Source: Acholeplasmatales bacterium
GTDB taxonomy: Bacteria; Bacillota_I; Bacilli_A; Acholeplasmatales; Anaeroplasmataceae
DNA length: 64,000 nt
NCBI GenBank assembly: GCA_900770055.1
Contig: CAAGJD010000129.1
Coordinates: forward strand, 10,060 to 74,059
Reading direction: 5' to 3'
Every line of letters starts with the position of its first letter. Within the stretch, counting starts at the first letter, position 1. Below, one piece after another: positions 18,439-29,105 of the stretch. The notes under the pieces were generated by a model. The model saw nothing but the letters and a program-made list of their open reading frames with translations. It searched no databases and had not been told where the DNA came from. The translations under genes and the position numbers were made by a program.

Positions 18439-21400
18439 TTACATACAGTGTAATAAGATTTCTTTTTGATCTGTATTTAATGCTTCATAATCCTTCTCTG
18501 TTACTTTTCTTAATGCTAAATATTCTTTCTCTTCTTGAGATAAATTATCATAAGCAACTTTATTAGCTCTATGTACTAATAATTCTTGTTTGAAAGTATC
18601 AGCTTTCATAAAAGTACCATTAGCTATAGATTTTTGTTTAATGGCTTCCATTTCTGAAGTTTCCATAAACTTTTCTTTTGTAGTTATAGTTTTTTCTTTT
18701 CTAGTAGTCATCCTTCCTCTATAAATACTGTAGAAAAGAGTATCAAGATATTGTTCTCTACCTAATATACCATTAAAAATGTTTTTAAGTTTTCTAAAAA
18801 TAGCTCTTATTCTACCTAATAGTGATTTATTTGGTTGAGTAATATTCATTCTCTCTTGACCATTCATAAATGCCCTAAAAGATTCTGCTAATTTTTCTTC
18901 AAGTTCCAACTCTGAAAGATTTCCCCATTTATTTTTAGCAGCTCTAAACATACTTTTTTTCTCGAAGTCATTAAGTAGGAAATCAACTACATAGTGGAAA
19001 GCTTCATGATAAGCAGTACCTATAGGTGCTATATCACTTAAATAAAGAATACCATCCCTAAAGGCACCAAATGCCTCTATAGGATTTCCATCATTATCTA
19101 TAGCATCAATCATTCCTTCTACTATAACTATTCTATTTTCATCAGCTAATGCAGGGAATAACTGCTTACAGTGCTCTATAGCCTGATTTAATTGGTCTTC
19201 AGTGGATATATTTTCTTGTTGTCTTTCTTTTGTTGCCAACATATGCTTAGCAGTTCCTCCAAATTTTCTTCCCTTTCTTCCTTTTCTTCCTACAGAAGTG
19301 CCTTCTAGCCCACCACCTCTTGTATTAGGTATAAAAGCTGTAAGTGCTACTTCTGGTGAAGATGATAAATTTACAGTAACTCCCTTTGTAGAATCTTCTA
19401 ATAACGCTTTTACTTTTTCTATAACTTCAGGGTCTGTAACTATCTCATCGTCTGTTTTTACTACTCCTTCAGCAGTTACAGTATACTCAGTGCCATTAAC
19501 GGTAATAGTACTAGTACTAGGTTTAGTACCAAAGAGTCTTCTAGGGTCATTTTTAGATGAAGAAGCTTTTCTTTCTTCTTTTTTAGCAGCTTCTTTCTTT
19601 TCTATATTAGTTGGTTCATAAGTAAACCAATCATTTATAGTGTGTTGACCCCGTTCTCCTACCATAAGATTAGTGTGTAGATACTTACTCATATTCTTAA
19701 TATAATCAGTATCTGTTAATTTATTTTTGTCTATATTAGTAGTCAGACCATTAGCTTTAGAGATATATCTAATTGCATTGATAGCATCAGATTTATTTAT
19801 TACTCCATTCTTGAGCTTAATAGTATAATACATTCTTTTACCTTGAGAGTCAAGATAATTTATAGATATTCTATCAGCTTTACTTAGATCATTTACATCT
19901 ATAGATTCCTTAGCTATAGTATCATAATATTGGAAATTAATATGAATATCTCTTATAGGTAACCACTTTTGTAGGGCATGAGCATTAGTACCCCAATCAG
20001 CAATAGATTCTCCACATTTAACAAGAGCTTCTGCTGCTTGTTGCATATACCAATCTTCATTGCTAAGAGAATTAATAGGTGTAGAATAACATAATGCAGG
20101 AATAAGATTTCCATTATTAGCAGGTATCATTACATATATTTGGCCTCCTAATCTACCTTCAGGCTGTCTTACATTATTATCCCTATTAACATTACCTGTA
20201 GTAATTTGACCAGTTTTACTATTGACCCAACCAATTATAGGTGTATTACTGCCAAATATTTCACTGACAGTATTCTCTTTACTACTAATAGGTAGAGTGC
20301 CCCCCACTAGAGACTCTACTTTAGTCTTTATTGTAGATGCAGTATTATTAATTATAGTATTATATAACTCTCTTTGAGCTTCTACAGTAAGATCCTTTTT
20401 ATTAGGATCTTTCTTTATAGCCCCATCATAAGCATCAAAGTCCAACTGTGATTTAATAGTGCCTATAACTTGGTCTCCCACTTTCATTACTACTACTGGA
20501 ACTCCTGCATTTTCTTTTTTTGATAATTCAGCATCTAATTCAAATGTAACTTCATCACCTGGTTTAAGTTGGTGGCTTACATAATTAAATGCCCCCTTAG
20601 CTTTTAAGAAATTATGGACAGCAGTAATATATTTCATGAATTCATTCTTATCTACTCCAGCAGGTATTTTATCAGGATGTGCTGTATAATAATCTATAGG
20701 ACTCATATTATCTACTGCATGTAGATAATATTCAGATATTTGAGGTCTGTTACCATACCCTTTTTTACCTAACTCTATACTACCTGATTGCTTTTTATTA
20801 TTTTCTGGCTTCCATTCTTCCTTTCTAGTCTTCTTATTATGAAGCATAATATCAGTATCTTCTTCTATAGGGGGAGTTAAAGTATTATCATTTGGCGGAG
20901 TTAGGTCATTTTCTGCAGGAGGAGTGAAGTCTTGTGGTAATTCATCTCCAGTATTTCCTTCTTTAGGAATTTCTCCCTTTTCTCTTTGTTTTTCTATCTC
21001 CTTTTCTATTTCCTTTTGTCTTTTTCTATCAGCTTCCTGTTGCTTTTCTTTCCTTTCAAGAGATGCCGCTATATTTGATAAATTAGTATTAAAAAATTCT
21101 GCCAGCTGCTCTTCTGCCTTAGTAAGTAAATCATCTTTTACTCTTTCATCTGTATCATCATCTAAGAGATTATCTGCCATTTCCTGTATAATACCATCAT
21201 TAAGAGAATCATTTATAGCACTGGCTAATTCTTGAATATTTTCAATATCTTTAGATTCCTTAGCCATAATGCTTTTAGCAATATTCTTTAAATCATCATC
21301 CATATCAGACTCATCAATAGCCTCTCCAAGACTAATAATACCATCTCTAAGTTTAAGAGCCTTTTTTAATTTCTCTTTTTGTGCTTCTCCAAGAGAGTTC

Positions 21401-24400
21401 ATGAATTTACTCATACCTCCCATATTATTAATATCACCCTCATTTTCTTCTAAGAATTTTACTATTTCTCCTGTAGAAGCATCCCAATTAAATCTTTCTG
21501 CAACAGTTTTAGCTGCTTTATTAGTTATATATGTTTCATTAGCAGCATCTACTTTTGCATGTGCTTGATCTATCTTTTCAGGATTCTTTTTATATTCATT
21601 AAGTAATTTATTATATTTACTATAAGCTTCTCCTATCTTAGTTAAGTCATCTAACATTTTCTTAATAGGCGCTTTTTGGTCGGCAGTATAAGTTAAATTT
21701 GCATCAATAAATGAACTTATAGAATTTTGTAAATATTTACCTAAAGGCATTTTAATCTTAGAACCATCTTCTTTTTTTAATTCTATTTCTTTATCTGATG
21801 CTAAGTATTTGGCAAGTACTATACCATATCTAGCATTTTCTGTACCAGATTCAGCCTCTTTTGCAGACATAGAGGCTATATCTTCTAATACATCTATAAT
21901 AGTCTGTCCTGCCTTTAAGAAGTTTTTAGTAGCTCTTATATTACCACCATATAATGCCTTTTGTTCTGCTGATAATTTTAATTCATCTGCATAATCCAAT
22001 AAATTTTCAATAATTTTAATAGACTCTTTAAATTTAGGATTTCTTAAAGCAATATTTATAAAATCTTTAAGATTTCCAGACATAGAGGCTGCTCTTCTTT
22101 CCCAATCTTTCATTCTTACCTTATACCAAGTAAGAGTGGTAAGCTGCTCATCAGTATAAACACCTCCAGTAGTATTATCTATTTCATCTTGAGCTTCTGA
22201 AATATCATCAATAATTTGATTTATTTTCTTAGCTCTTTTTTGAATATCTGTTTTAATCTCATCAGCAGACATCATGGTAGTCTCATCACCTGCTACCTTA
22301 ATAAATGGAGATTGGATTATATTAGTAGAATTATTTATTCTGTCGTAAAGATTATCTATTTGCTTCTGTAAATTCTCTATTTTCTTTTCAGCTTCTTGCC
22401 TTGCTTTTATAAAAGTATTATATTTTTTAGTAGCATTACTATTTCCGGGACCGCCTAAATCATAAGAAGCTTGAAGTACTTTACTATATGCCTCTTCTCC
22501 AAATCTAGTTTCATAATCTTCCCTTGCAGCAGCTAACTGGTTTTCTAATGCTTCTATTTGTTTATTATTTTCATTAATATTCGCATTTAAAGCACTATAT
22601 TGTTTTTTTGTCATTTCTACTATTTGGTCTATATCTTCCTGCTTAAAAAGCTCTGTATTTGCCAATGCTGCTTTAAGTAGATCTAATCTATTTCCTTTTT
22701 TAAAGTACATAATATCTTCAAAAGCAGCAGCAGTTTCAGCATTTTTAAAATCTAATTCTGATTCTTCTGCTACAGCTTTCTCCATCATATCACTGAAATG
22801 TGTTTGGGCAACAAGATGCTTGAATCTATTTTGAAAATTAGGGTCTTTAAGAGTTTTAGTAATATGAGCAGCTGTTCTTTCTGCACCTTCTAAGTCTTTA
22901 AGTTGGTCTCTTATTTCGGTAAATAAACCCCCTGACATACCAACTAATTTACCTCTACCTAACCATGTTTGATCTGTAGAATTAGCTTTTTTACCAATTG
23001 TGGGTGAACCTAAAATACCTGTAATAGCACCTATAAAACCTTCCTCCCATTTATTAGGATCTCCATAAGTACTATCTATACCTTGCCCTATAGAGTTCAT
23101 TAAACTCAATACCTTTTGCTTAGCTTCAGGATGTACTTGTGCATTATATATATTATCTACATCATCTTGATAATATAAACCTGATGCTAAAGCTGCTGCT
23201 CCTTGGGCCATTTCCTCATTGCCCTCTTTAATAGGGCCTTTAAGAATGGCTCTACCATAAGCACCTAATTTACCCCCAGTATAACTTGCTTGTGCTTCTT
23301 CTACTAACGCTTTTTCCTCAGCAGATAGTCCTCTATAACCTGTTTTTTCTGCCCTTTGTACTATCTCTTCTAGCCTCTTTAATGCACCCTCATCACCAGC
23401 TTTAACAGCTGCTTTAGCATCTGCTAATGCTTGTTTAGTAGCTCTAGTTATTGTTTTAGCTTCATTTCTTGCTGCTCTCCATCCTCCAGCATATAATTTA
23501 CCAAAAGTAACTACATCTCCTGCCCAAAGAATAGGTAAATTAAATAATAAATCTGCATTACCCATCTTTGTTCTGTCTTCTTCTATTTGTTTATAGGCAG
23601 CATCTCTGCCCTTATCTAGTCTATCAATAGTTGATTTTAGTTTAGCATAATCACTATCAAATTTATATTCTTCTTGAGCTTTATTTAGTTCTGTTTGATA
23701 AATATCATCAATTCTTTGCTTCTGTGATTTAGCCCAATCATTTGAATTAGATACAGCTTCTATAGTACCTTCTGCTTGAGCATTAAAAAAAGAACCAATT
23801 AAACTTTTGGTAGCTCTAGTAGCATTACTACTTTCCATAGCTAGAGCACCTTTGGCCATTAACAGTCTAGCTACTTTTCCCTCTTTACCACCTTTTATTG
23901 CTTGACCTAATCCTTTAAACATGGCTTGAGTTTTATTTGAAGCTCCTAATGTTTCAGCAGCAGATCCTAGTCCTTTTAGAGCACCTAAATATTTAGCAGT
24001 AAGAGAAATTCCTTTAGTATATAATCCTCCACTATAAGCAGCTCCTACCATAAATCCTAAGTTCTTTACAAACTTATCAAATAGAGTATTAGCACTAAAA
24101 AACGCATCTGCACTCCATGGATTTTCTTGCTGAAATTGTGTATAATAATTAGGAAGTTCTTTTTCTGCTACTTCGTTAATTTTAGCCATTGCTTGAGTTA
24201 CAGGATTATCCCATATACCTGACCATCTACCTTCAGATACAGCTGTATATACACCATCAAGAAGTCCTGCAGTACCATCTACAAATGTAGTACCTGCAAG
24301 TATACCCCCTTTAATAATACCAGCAGCAGCCTGTGCATACCAAGGCTGATTTTCTGCTCTTATATCTTTATAATGCTGCAATCTATAAAGATTATAAGAA

Positions 24401-24669
24401 TCGGGGTCAAACATAGAAGAACCTATATCTTCTCCCACATTTAATTCTTCTGGAGTATATTCTCTGTCTTGAGTAGCGGCAATACTACTTTGGTATTGCG
24501 GCATATAACTAAAGTCAGTATTATTTATAGCATAATCCAATGCTTCAGGAGAAGCACTAAAGCCTGCTTGATTAGCAAGCTGTAGTGCTCTATATCCTAA
24601 AGGCCCTGTTTTTCTTGTATCAATTACTTCTGGCTTTGTAGCCTTAGTTGTTGTTGTTTTTTTAGCCAT
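18439..24669 (-). CDS. Giant ejected cargo/polyvalent protein (2076 aa) with a Gly/Ala-rich N-region and a C-terminal zincin metallopeptidase-like domain
   Basis: GTAYHEAFH...EEKLAE (HExxH plus E); coiled coils; last gene of the late operon. Confidence 0.75.
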   Translation of the reverse strand: MAKKTTTTKATKPEVIDTRKTGPLGYRALQLANQAGFSASPEALDYAINNTDFSYMPQYQSSIAATQDREYTPEELNVGEDIGSSMFDPDSYNLYRLQHYKDIRAENQPWYAQAAAGIIKGGILAGTTFVDGTAGLLDGVYTAVSEGRWSGIWDNPVTQAMAKINEVAEKELPNYYTQFQQENPWSADAFFSANTLFDKFVKNLGFMVGAAYSGGLYTKGISLTAKYLGALKGLGSAAETLGASNKTQAMFKGLGQAIKGGKEGKVARLLMAKGALAMESSNATRATKSLIGSFFNAQAEGTIEAVSNSNDWAKSQKQRIDDIYQTELNKAQEEYKFDSDYAKLKSTIDRLDKGRDAAYKQIEEDRTKMGNADLLFNLPILWAGDVVTFGKLYAGGWRAARNEAKTITRATKQALADAKAAVKAGDEGALKRLEEIVQRAEKTGYRGLSAEEKALVEEAQASYTGGKLGAYGRAILKGPIKEGNEEMAQGAAALASGLYYQDDVDNIYNAQVHPEAKQKVLSLMNSIGQGIDSTYGDPNKWEEGFIGAITGILGSPTIGKKANSTDQTWLGRGKLVGMSGGLFTEIRDQLKDLEGAERTAAHITKTLKDPNFQNRFKHLVAQTHFSDMMEKAVAEESELDFKNAETAAAFEDIMYFKKGNRLDLLKAALANTELFKQEDIDQIVEMTKKQYSALNANINENNKQIEALENQLAAAREDYETRFGEEAYSKVLQASYDLGGPGNSNATKKYNTFIKARQEAEKKIENLQKQIDNLYDRINNSTNIIQSPFIKVAGDETTMMSADEIKTDIQKRAKKINQIIDDISEAQDEIDNTTGGVYTDEQLTTLTWYKVRMKDWERRAASMSGNLKDFINIALRNPKFKESIKIIENLLDYADELKLSAEQKALYGGNIRATKNFLKAGQTIIDVLEDIASMSAKEAESGTENARYGIVLAKYLASDKEIELKKEDGSKIKMPLGKYLQNSISSFIDANLTYTADQKAPIKKMLDDLTKIGEAYSKYNKLLNEYKKNPEKIDQAHAKVDAANETYITNKAAKTVAERFNWDASTGEIVKFLEENEGDINNMGGMSKFMNSLGEAQKEKLKKALKLRDGIISLGEAIDESDMDDDLKNIAKSIMAKESKDIENIQELASAINDSLNDGIIQEMADNLLDDDTDERVKDDLLTKAEEQLAEFFNTNLSNIAASLERKEKQQEADRKRQKEIEKEIEKQREKGEIPKEGNTGDELPQDFTPPAENDLTPPNDNTLTPPIEEDTDIMLHNKKTRKEEWKPENNKKQSGSIELGKKGYGNRPQISEYYLHAVDNMSPIDYYTAHPDKIPAGVDKNEFMKYITAVHNFLKAKGAFNYVSHQLKPGDEVTFELDAELSKKENAGVPVVVMKVGDQVIGTIKSQLDFDAYDGAIKKDPNKKDLTVEAQRELYNTIINNTASTIKTKVESLVGGTLPISSKENTVSEIFGSNTPIIGWVNSKTGQITTGNVNRDNNVRQPEGRLGGQIYVMIPANNGNLIPALCYSTPINSLSNEDWYMQQAAEALVKCGESIADWGTNAHALQKWLPIRDIHINFQYYDTIAKESIDVNDLSKADRISINYLDSQGKRMYYTIKLKNGVINKSDAINAIRYISKANGLTTNIDKNKLTDTDYIKNMSKYLHTNLMVGERGQHTINDWFTYEPTNIEKKEAAKKEERKASSSKNDPRRLFGTKPSTSTITVNGTEYTVTAEGVVKTDDEIVTDPEVIEKVKALLEDSTKGVTVNLSSSPEVALTAFIPNTRGGGLEGTSVGRKGRKGRKFGGTAKHMLATKERQQENISTEDQLNQAIEHCKQLFPALADENRIVIVEGMIDAIDNDGNPIEAFGAFRDGILYLSDIAPIGTAYHEAFHYVVDFLLNDFEKKSMFRAAKNKWGNLSELELEEKLAESFRAFMNGQERMNITQPNKSLLGRIRAIFRKLKNIFNGILGREQYLDTLFYSIYRGRMTTRKEKTITTKEKFMETSEMEAIKQKSIANGTFMKADTFKQELLVHRANKVAYDNLSQEEKEYLALRKVTEKDYEALNTDQKEILLHCM

Positions 24670-24674
24670 ATTTA

Positions 24675-26597
24675 TTATTCCTCTTCTTGTGATTCGCTAT
24701 TTCCCCACATATCGCCAAATAAAGGAGTTCCTGCTGATTGGAATGTCTGTGCTTGAGCAGTATTAGTTCTAATCATACTAGCCATATTAGAATATATATC
24801 TGATACACCACTCTTATACATTTCATTAGCCCAGTTACTACTTGAAGGGTCTTTACCATATATTTGTGTATAAACTTTTTGATTCTTAAATATCTTTTTG
24901 ATATTTTTGGCATAAGGATCTGAACTCGGAACCTCTATAAAGAAATGCTCAGAACTCTTTTTATCTTTTCCTCTTATTTCTATTACTACTCCAGAGTCTA
25001 TATTATCATTTGATATGTAAGATATTGCATCATAATCTTTGTCTATTAGTTTAGATTTGTCAAATGTACCAGTCTGTTTATATTTACCTTTAACATAATC
25101 TACCACCCTAAACTTGTCACTAGTAGTACCCAAAGCACTTACTAAATTATTTATAGCTTGTGGACTTTGTGAAGAACTTATAGGGTACTGCCAACCTGTA
25201 GTTGCAGATATTTTAGTAGGTCTTCCTCCTGTATATTGCGTAAATAAATTACCTATATTACCTGGCTGATACCCGTAAGTTACATTATCCTTTGATCCAT
25301 ATTTAATAAGGGGAGTTTTACCGCCACTTATATTATACATTTCATCAATAGCAGCTGCATATTGTCCCGCCAATCTTAAATTTCCTGATTTGTGGCTAGC
25401 ATAAATATCACCGCCAGTTATACTATACCCAAATGCTTTTCTAGCACCATATCTTTTACCAAAAGCAACATGTTTATTGATCCATTTATTTGCCTCAGCA
25501 GTTTCCATGCTGGCTAATTGCTGCCCCTGTTTTATAGATATACCTAATTCTTTACACTTATTAACAAATTTAATATACTCTTCTCTAGAATGAGGAGTAG
25601 CTTTAAGTTGTCCTGTTTTAGGGTCTTTCTTTAAGAACTTTTTATCTATAAAATTATTCAACTCTTTATTTTTATTTATAGCAAATAAATCTATAGGCTT
25701 AGTTTCAGCTCCTATTACTTGCATTCTTTTATTATTCTCTCTTGCTATTGCCCTATTCTCAGCTCTTATTTGTGCAGCTTCTTGTGCAGCCATTTTATCT
25801 CTCCAGTTATCAAGAGTTTGGTATTGAGTTTCTCCAACTGCACCCCATAAACCTTGTCTAGCATAATCATAGGCTTTGTCAAGTAACTCTTGATTATTCC
25901 ATCCCTCTATACCACTAGAACTTACTGCATCTTCAACAATTCTTGTAAGTTCTTGTGCTGCCTCAGGATGCCCTTGTATTGCTTTTAATACATCCTCTGT
26001 TTTAAACCCTTTCTGCACCAAAGTCTCATAATAAGAATCATGTAATATACTCCTCCATTTTCTAGGATTATCCCTTATTTGTTTAGCCAATGCAGTTGCG
26101 GCCTGTGCTACTTGAGCTGTAAGCATCTTTCCCGAGTAAGGATCATATTTTAGTTGAGGATTTCTTATATAGTCATCAAGACTTGTAGTTGCCGCAGTTC
26201 TACTAAACATCAGTGTTGGGTCTTGAAGAAGTGCTTGTTGTTGTTGCTCTGCTTGCTTCTGTCTTGCTGCATAAGCTTGCTCTATAGGAGTTATTTCCTT
26301 ACTATACCTTTCTCTCATATTGAGCATATCTCTTCTACTTGTAGCATTAAGTCCAGCTCTTGCTAATTGGTCTGCTTGATTTTTAAGGTCATTTGCATAA
26401 GTCTTATACATCTTATAAGCATAAGGGTCTGTATGCTTATTAGCCATTTCATCCCATATATTAGCTTTAGTTGCCAATTCACTATATTGATTTTCCAGTT
26501 CTTGATGAGCTTGTGTAGCCATTAATGCTGGAGCCAACATTTCTTGATAGGAAAAAGGATTGAATCTTGAGTCAATAACTAAAGAATAATTACTCAT
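24675..26597 (-). CDS. Putative ejected/cargo virion protein (640 aa)
   Basis: N-terminal FNPFSYQEML.P and helical composition; lies between other cargo genes. Confidence 0.6.
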   Translation of the reverse strand: MSNYSLVIDSRFNPFSYQEMLAPALMATQAHQELENQYSELATKANIWDEMANKHTDPYAYKMYKTYANDLKNQADQLARAGLNATSRRDMLNMRERYSKEITPIEQAYAARQKQAEQQQQALLQDPTLMFSRTAATTSLDDYIRNPQLKYDPYSGKMLTAQVAQAATALAKQIRDNPRKWRSILHDSYYETLVQKGFKTEDVLKAIQGHPEAAQELTRIVEDAVSSSGIEGWNNQELLDKAYDYARQGLWGAVGETQYQTLDNWRDKMAAQEAAQIRAENRAIARENNKRMQVIGAETKPIDLFAINKNKELNNFIDKKFLKKDPKTGQLKATPHSREEYIKFVNKCKELGISIKQGQQLASMETAEANKWINKHVAFGKRYGARKAFGYSITGGDIYASHKSGNLRLAGQYAAAIDEMYNISGGKTPLIKYGSKDNVTYGYQPGNIGNLFTQYTGGRPTKISATTGWQYPISSSQSPQAINNLVSALGTTSDKFRVVDYVKGKYKQTGTFDKSKLIDKDYDAISYISNDNIDSGVVIEIRGKDKKSSEHFFIEVPSSDPYAKNIKKIFKNQKVYTQIYGKDPSSSNWANEMYKSGVSDIYSNMASMIRTNTAQAQTFQSAGTPLFGDMWGNSESQEEE

Positions 26598-28998
26598 ATA
26601 TACCTCCTTTTCTCTTAATAGTTAAATATCCACCTTTAGCACTTTTATTTTTAACTTTATAAGGAGTTCCAGCTCCTCCTGTTGAAATTCCATAATATAA
26701 AGCTGGGTTTTTGTTAATCCAAGATTTCATTGTCTCTTCTCTACCAATATCTCCAAGAGAATTAAAGAGATTAGAGAAATTAGCACTCAAACTTGCCCCC
26801 TTTCTTGCATCAATAGCATCTCTCATTGCCATAGCTTGTGTAATACCTGTTAGCCCCAAGCTTCCTGCTTTCAATGCTGCTTCTTGATTAGCCATTGCGG
26901 CCCTGAGTCCCAATTCAGCATTAGTTTGATTAGTACCTCTATTAAATTGCCCTACAGCTTGTCTTTGTGCTAAATTATATTCTTCACCTTGTCTTGCTAA
27001 TTCTCCTAATTTACTTTGAGCATTATAATCTGCTGCAAGTATAGAATCTAATGCTGCTGCTCTATTACCTGCTGATTTTTCAACTAAAGCTCTTCTTGTA
27101 GCACCTGCTTGCCCAGCTAATTTAGTAGAATAATAATCTATATCAAATGGATCATAAGACATATAATCTCCAAGCTTCTCTGCACTTATAGATGTATTTT
27201 TACCAATATTTTCAGCATAATTAGATATTGTATCAGCTGAACTATAATCAGGTTTAGTAACTGCTTCTTGAACACTTCCTGTGAATTCACCAAGTGCAGT
27301 AACATATCTTAGATTTGTTAAAGGATTAACCTCTTCTTCTTGAGAACTAAAACGTGGAGGTTCATCATACTTAGGTGCTCTTTCTCTTACCTTATACTCA
27401 GTAAGCTTTGGTACTTCTCTAATTCTCTTATCCAAATCTGCGAATGTCGGAACCTGTGGTAATGTTGGTAATAAAGCATTACTAAGATCTTTTATAGAAG
27501 TCATTTTATCATCAGAAATAGGTTTAGCCAATAAATTAGGCTTTTTTCCTTTACCACTATATAAATTACCTAATAAACCACCTTCAGCATATCTATTATT
27601 TCTTCTTTCTTTTTTCTCTCTCATTTCTTCTTGAGCAATAGCCAGTTTATTCATTATATTTTGTAGTCCATTTTGACTAATAGGATCATTAGGCCTTTCT
27701 AAACTTTCTTTTTGTGCACTCTTAGCTAAATCAGCAAAAGTATCTCCTGTAAGTTTTAAAGCTTTCTTTAAATTTTTAGGAGCTTTAAATCTATTACTAT
27801 ATACATAGTCTTTATATATCACTTCTCCCTCTTCAACTAAATTAGGAATTCCATTATTATCAACTCCAAATTGCACGCCTTCATACGGATTATTTTCATG
27901 AGTATCACCATTATTAATAGTTACAACTCCATTAGACCATACTCCACCATGTGTATATAAAGGACCTCCCATAGAATGCCATTTAGCAGCATTTTTAGCA
28001 AAATTTGCTTTCTTTACCATAGCAGGACTATAATTTTCTTTATTTACTAATACTTGAGAGGCAAATTCTTGTACTGATTTACCATGTTTTGTAGCCTCAG
28101 AAGTAAATGTTCCTCTTTTACTTGGTTTTATAAATATTCCACCATCCTTAAACCTATTACCAAATGGTGACATTGTTCCTGTATATCTCATAGTAAGTGG
28201 TCCTCCATAGGCTGTAAAGTTAGCTAAAGTATCTGCTATTTGATTTTGTTCTAAATTATCTACAGCATTACTGAAATTACCTAAAGCACTATAAATAGCG
28301 TTAGCTTGTTCTGCTTGTAATCGTTTATATGTATTTTTAGCTTTATTAGATGCTAATCCATCTCTTCCTATATCTCCTTTACTAAAAGACTGACCAAAAG
28401 TAGTATTTCTAAATTGGTCCATAATTGAGGAAGAAGAGGATTGATCTACTTGTAAATTTATAAGTTCTTTATTACCTTTCTCAATCTCATTTATTTTTTC
28501 TTTATTAAGTTTGGATCCCATAACACCATTATATAATCCGCCAGCTGCAGATACAGCAGCCCCAAGTACAGGATTTACTGCCCCTACTGCAGAGCCTATA
28601 GTACTTATAGTATTTCCTACTCCTGTACTTAAACCATTACTTAGTATACCATTTGCTAATCCACCTACAGCTCCCATAATAGCTGGATTAGAAGCAGCAC
28701 TTTTAATAGTATTATCTATTCCTTTTAAAATACTAGATTTTTCGCCCGACTTTAGAGTAGCATCAGGTTTTTGATTTGTAGAAAATGGAGTTATATAGTT
28801 TACTTGATTTCCATTATCATCAGTATCAGTAAATAAAACATTTTCTGGATTAACAAATTCTGGATTAATAGATACACCATTAGAACCAAATGTTGTATAA
28901 ATTCCATTAGGATCAACTCCTCCAGTGTCTATTGGTCCAGGTATATCAAACCTATTAATCAATGATTTTCTTTTATTTGAGTATTTTCTACGTACCAT
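26590..28998 (-). CDS. Putative cargo/ejection protein (802 aa) with a glycine-rich hydrophobic segment and repeated xxGG motifs
   Basis: GSAVGAVNPVLGAAVSAAGG segment; THENNPYEGV...VEEGEV; immediately downstream of the muzzle gene. Confidence 0.65.
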   Translation of the reverse strand: MVRRKYSNKRKSLINRFDIPGPIDTGGVDPNGIYTTFGSNGVSINPEFVNPENVLFTDTDDNGNQVNYITPFSTNQKPDATLKSGEKSSILKGIDNTIKSAASNPAIMGAVGGLANGILSNGLSTGVGNTISTIGSAVGAVNPVLGAAVSAAGGLYNGVMGSKLNKEKINEIEKGNKELINLQVDQSSSSSIMDQFRNTTFGQSFSKGDIGRDGLASNKAKNTYKRLQAEQANAIYSALGNFSNAVDNLEQNQIADTLANFTAYGGPLTMRYTGTMSPFGNRFKDGGIFIKPSKRGTFTSEATKHGKSVQEFASQVLVNKENYSPAMVKKANFAKNAAKWHSMGGPLYTHGGVWSNGVVTINNGDTHENNPYEGVQFGVDNNGIPNLVEEGEVIYKDYVYSNRFKAPKNLKKALKLTGDTFADLAKSAQKESLERPNDPISQNGLQNIMNKLAIAQEEMREKKERRNNRYAEGGLLGNLYSGKGKKPNLLAKPISDDKMTSIKDLSNALLPTLPQVPTFADLDKRIREVPKLTEYKVRERAPKYDEPPRFSSQEEEVNPLTNLRYVTALGEFTGSVQEAVTKPDYSSADTISNYAENIGKNTSISAEKLGDYMSYDPFDIDYYSTKLAGQAGATRRALVEKSAGNRAAALDSILAADYNAQSKLGELARQGEEYNLAQRQAVGQFNRGTNQTNAELGLRAAMANQEAALKAGSLGLTGITQAMAMRDAIDARKGASLSANFSNLFNSLGDIGREETMKSWINKNPALYYGISTGGAGTPYKVKNKSAKGGYLTIKRKGGIYE

Positions 28999-29017
28999 GT
29001 AACATAAATTTATTATG

Positions 29018-29048
29018 CAAATATATAAATAAAATTATAGTTATGCAA
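29018..29048 (-). promoter_or_regulatory. Bacteroidota-type promoter for the cargo operon
   Basis: TTG-N20-TATATTTG on the - strand. Confidence 0.8.
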
Positions 29049-29058
29049 CACTATTACT

Positions 29059-29100
29059 AAAAAATAATAAGGTAGATAAATATTATATTTACCTACCTTA
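29059..29100 (-). terminator. Intrinsic terminator after the muzzle gene
   Basis: 14-bp stem TAAGGTAGGTAAAT/ATTTATCTACCTTA on the - strand (one G-U pair) followed by a T-rich tail. Confidence 0.8.
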
Positions 29101-29105
29101 TATAA

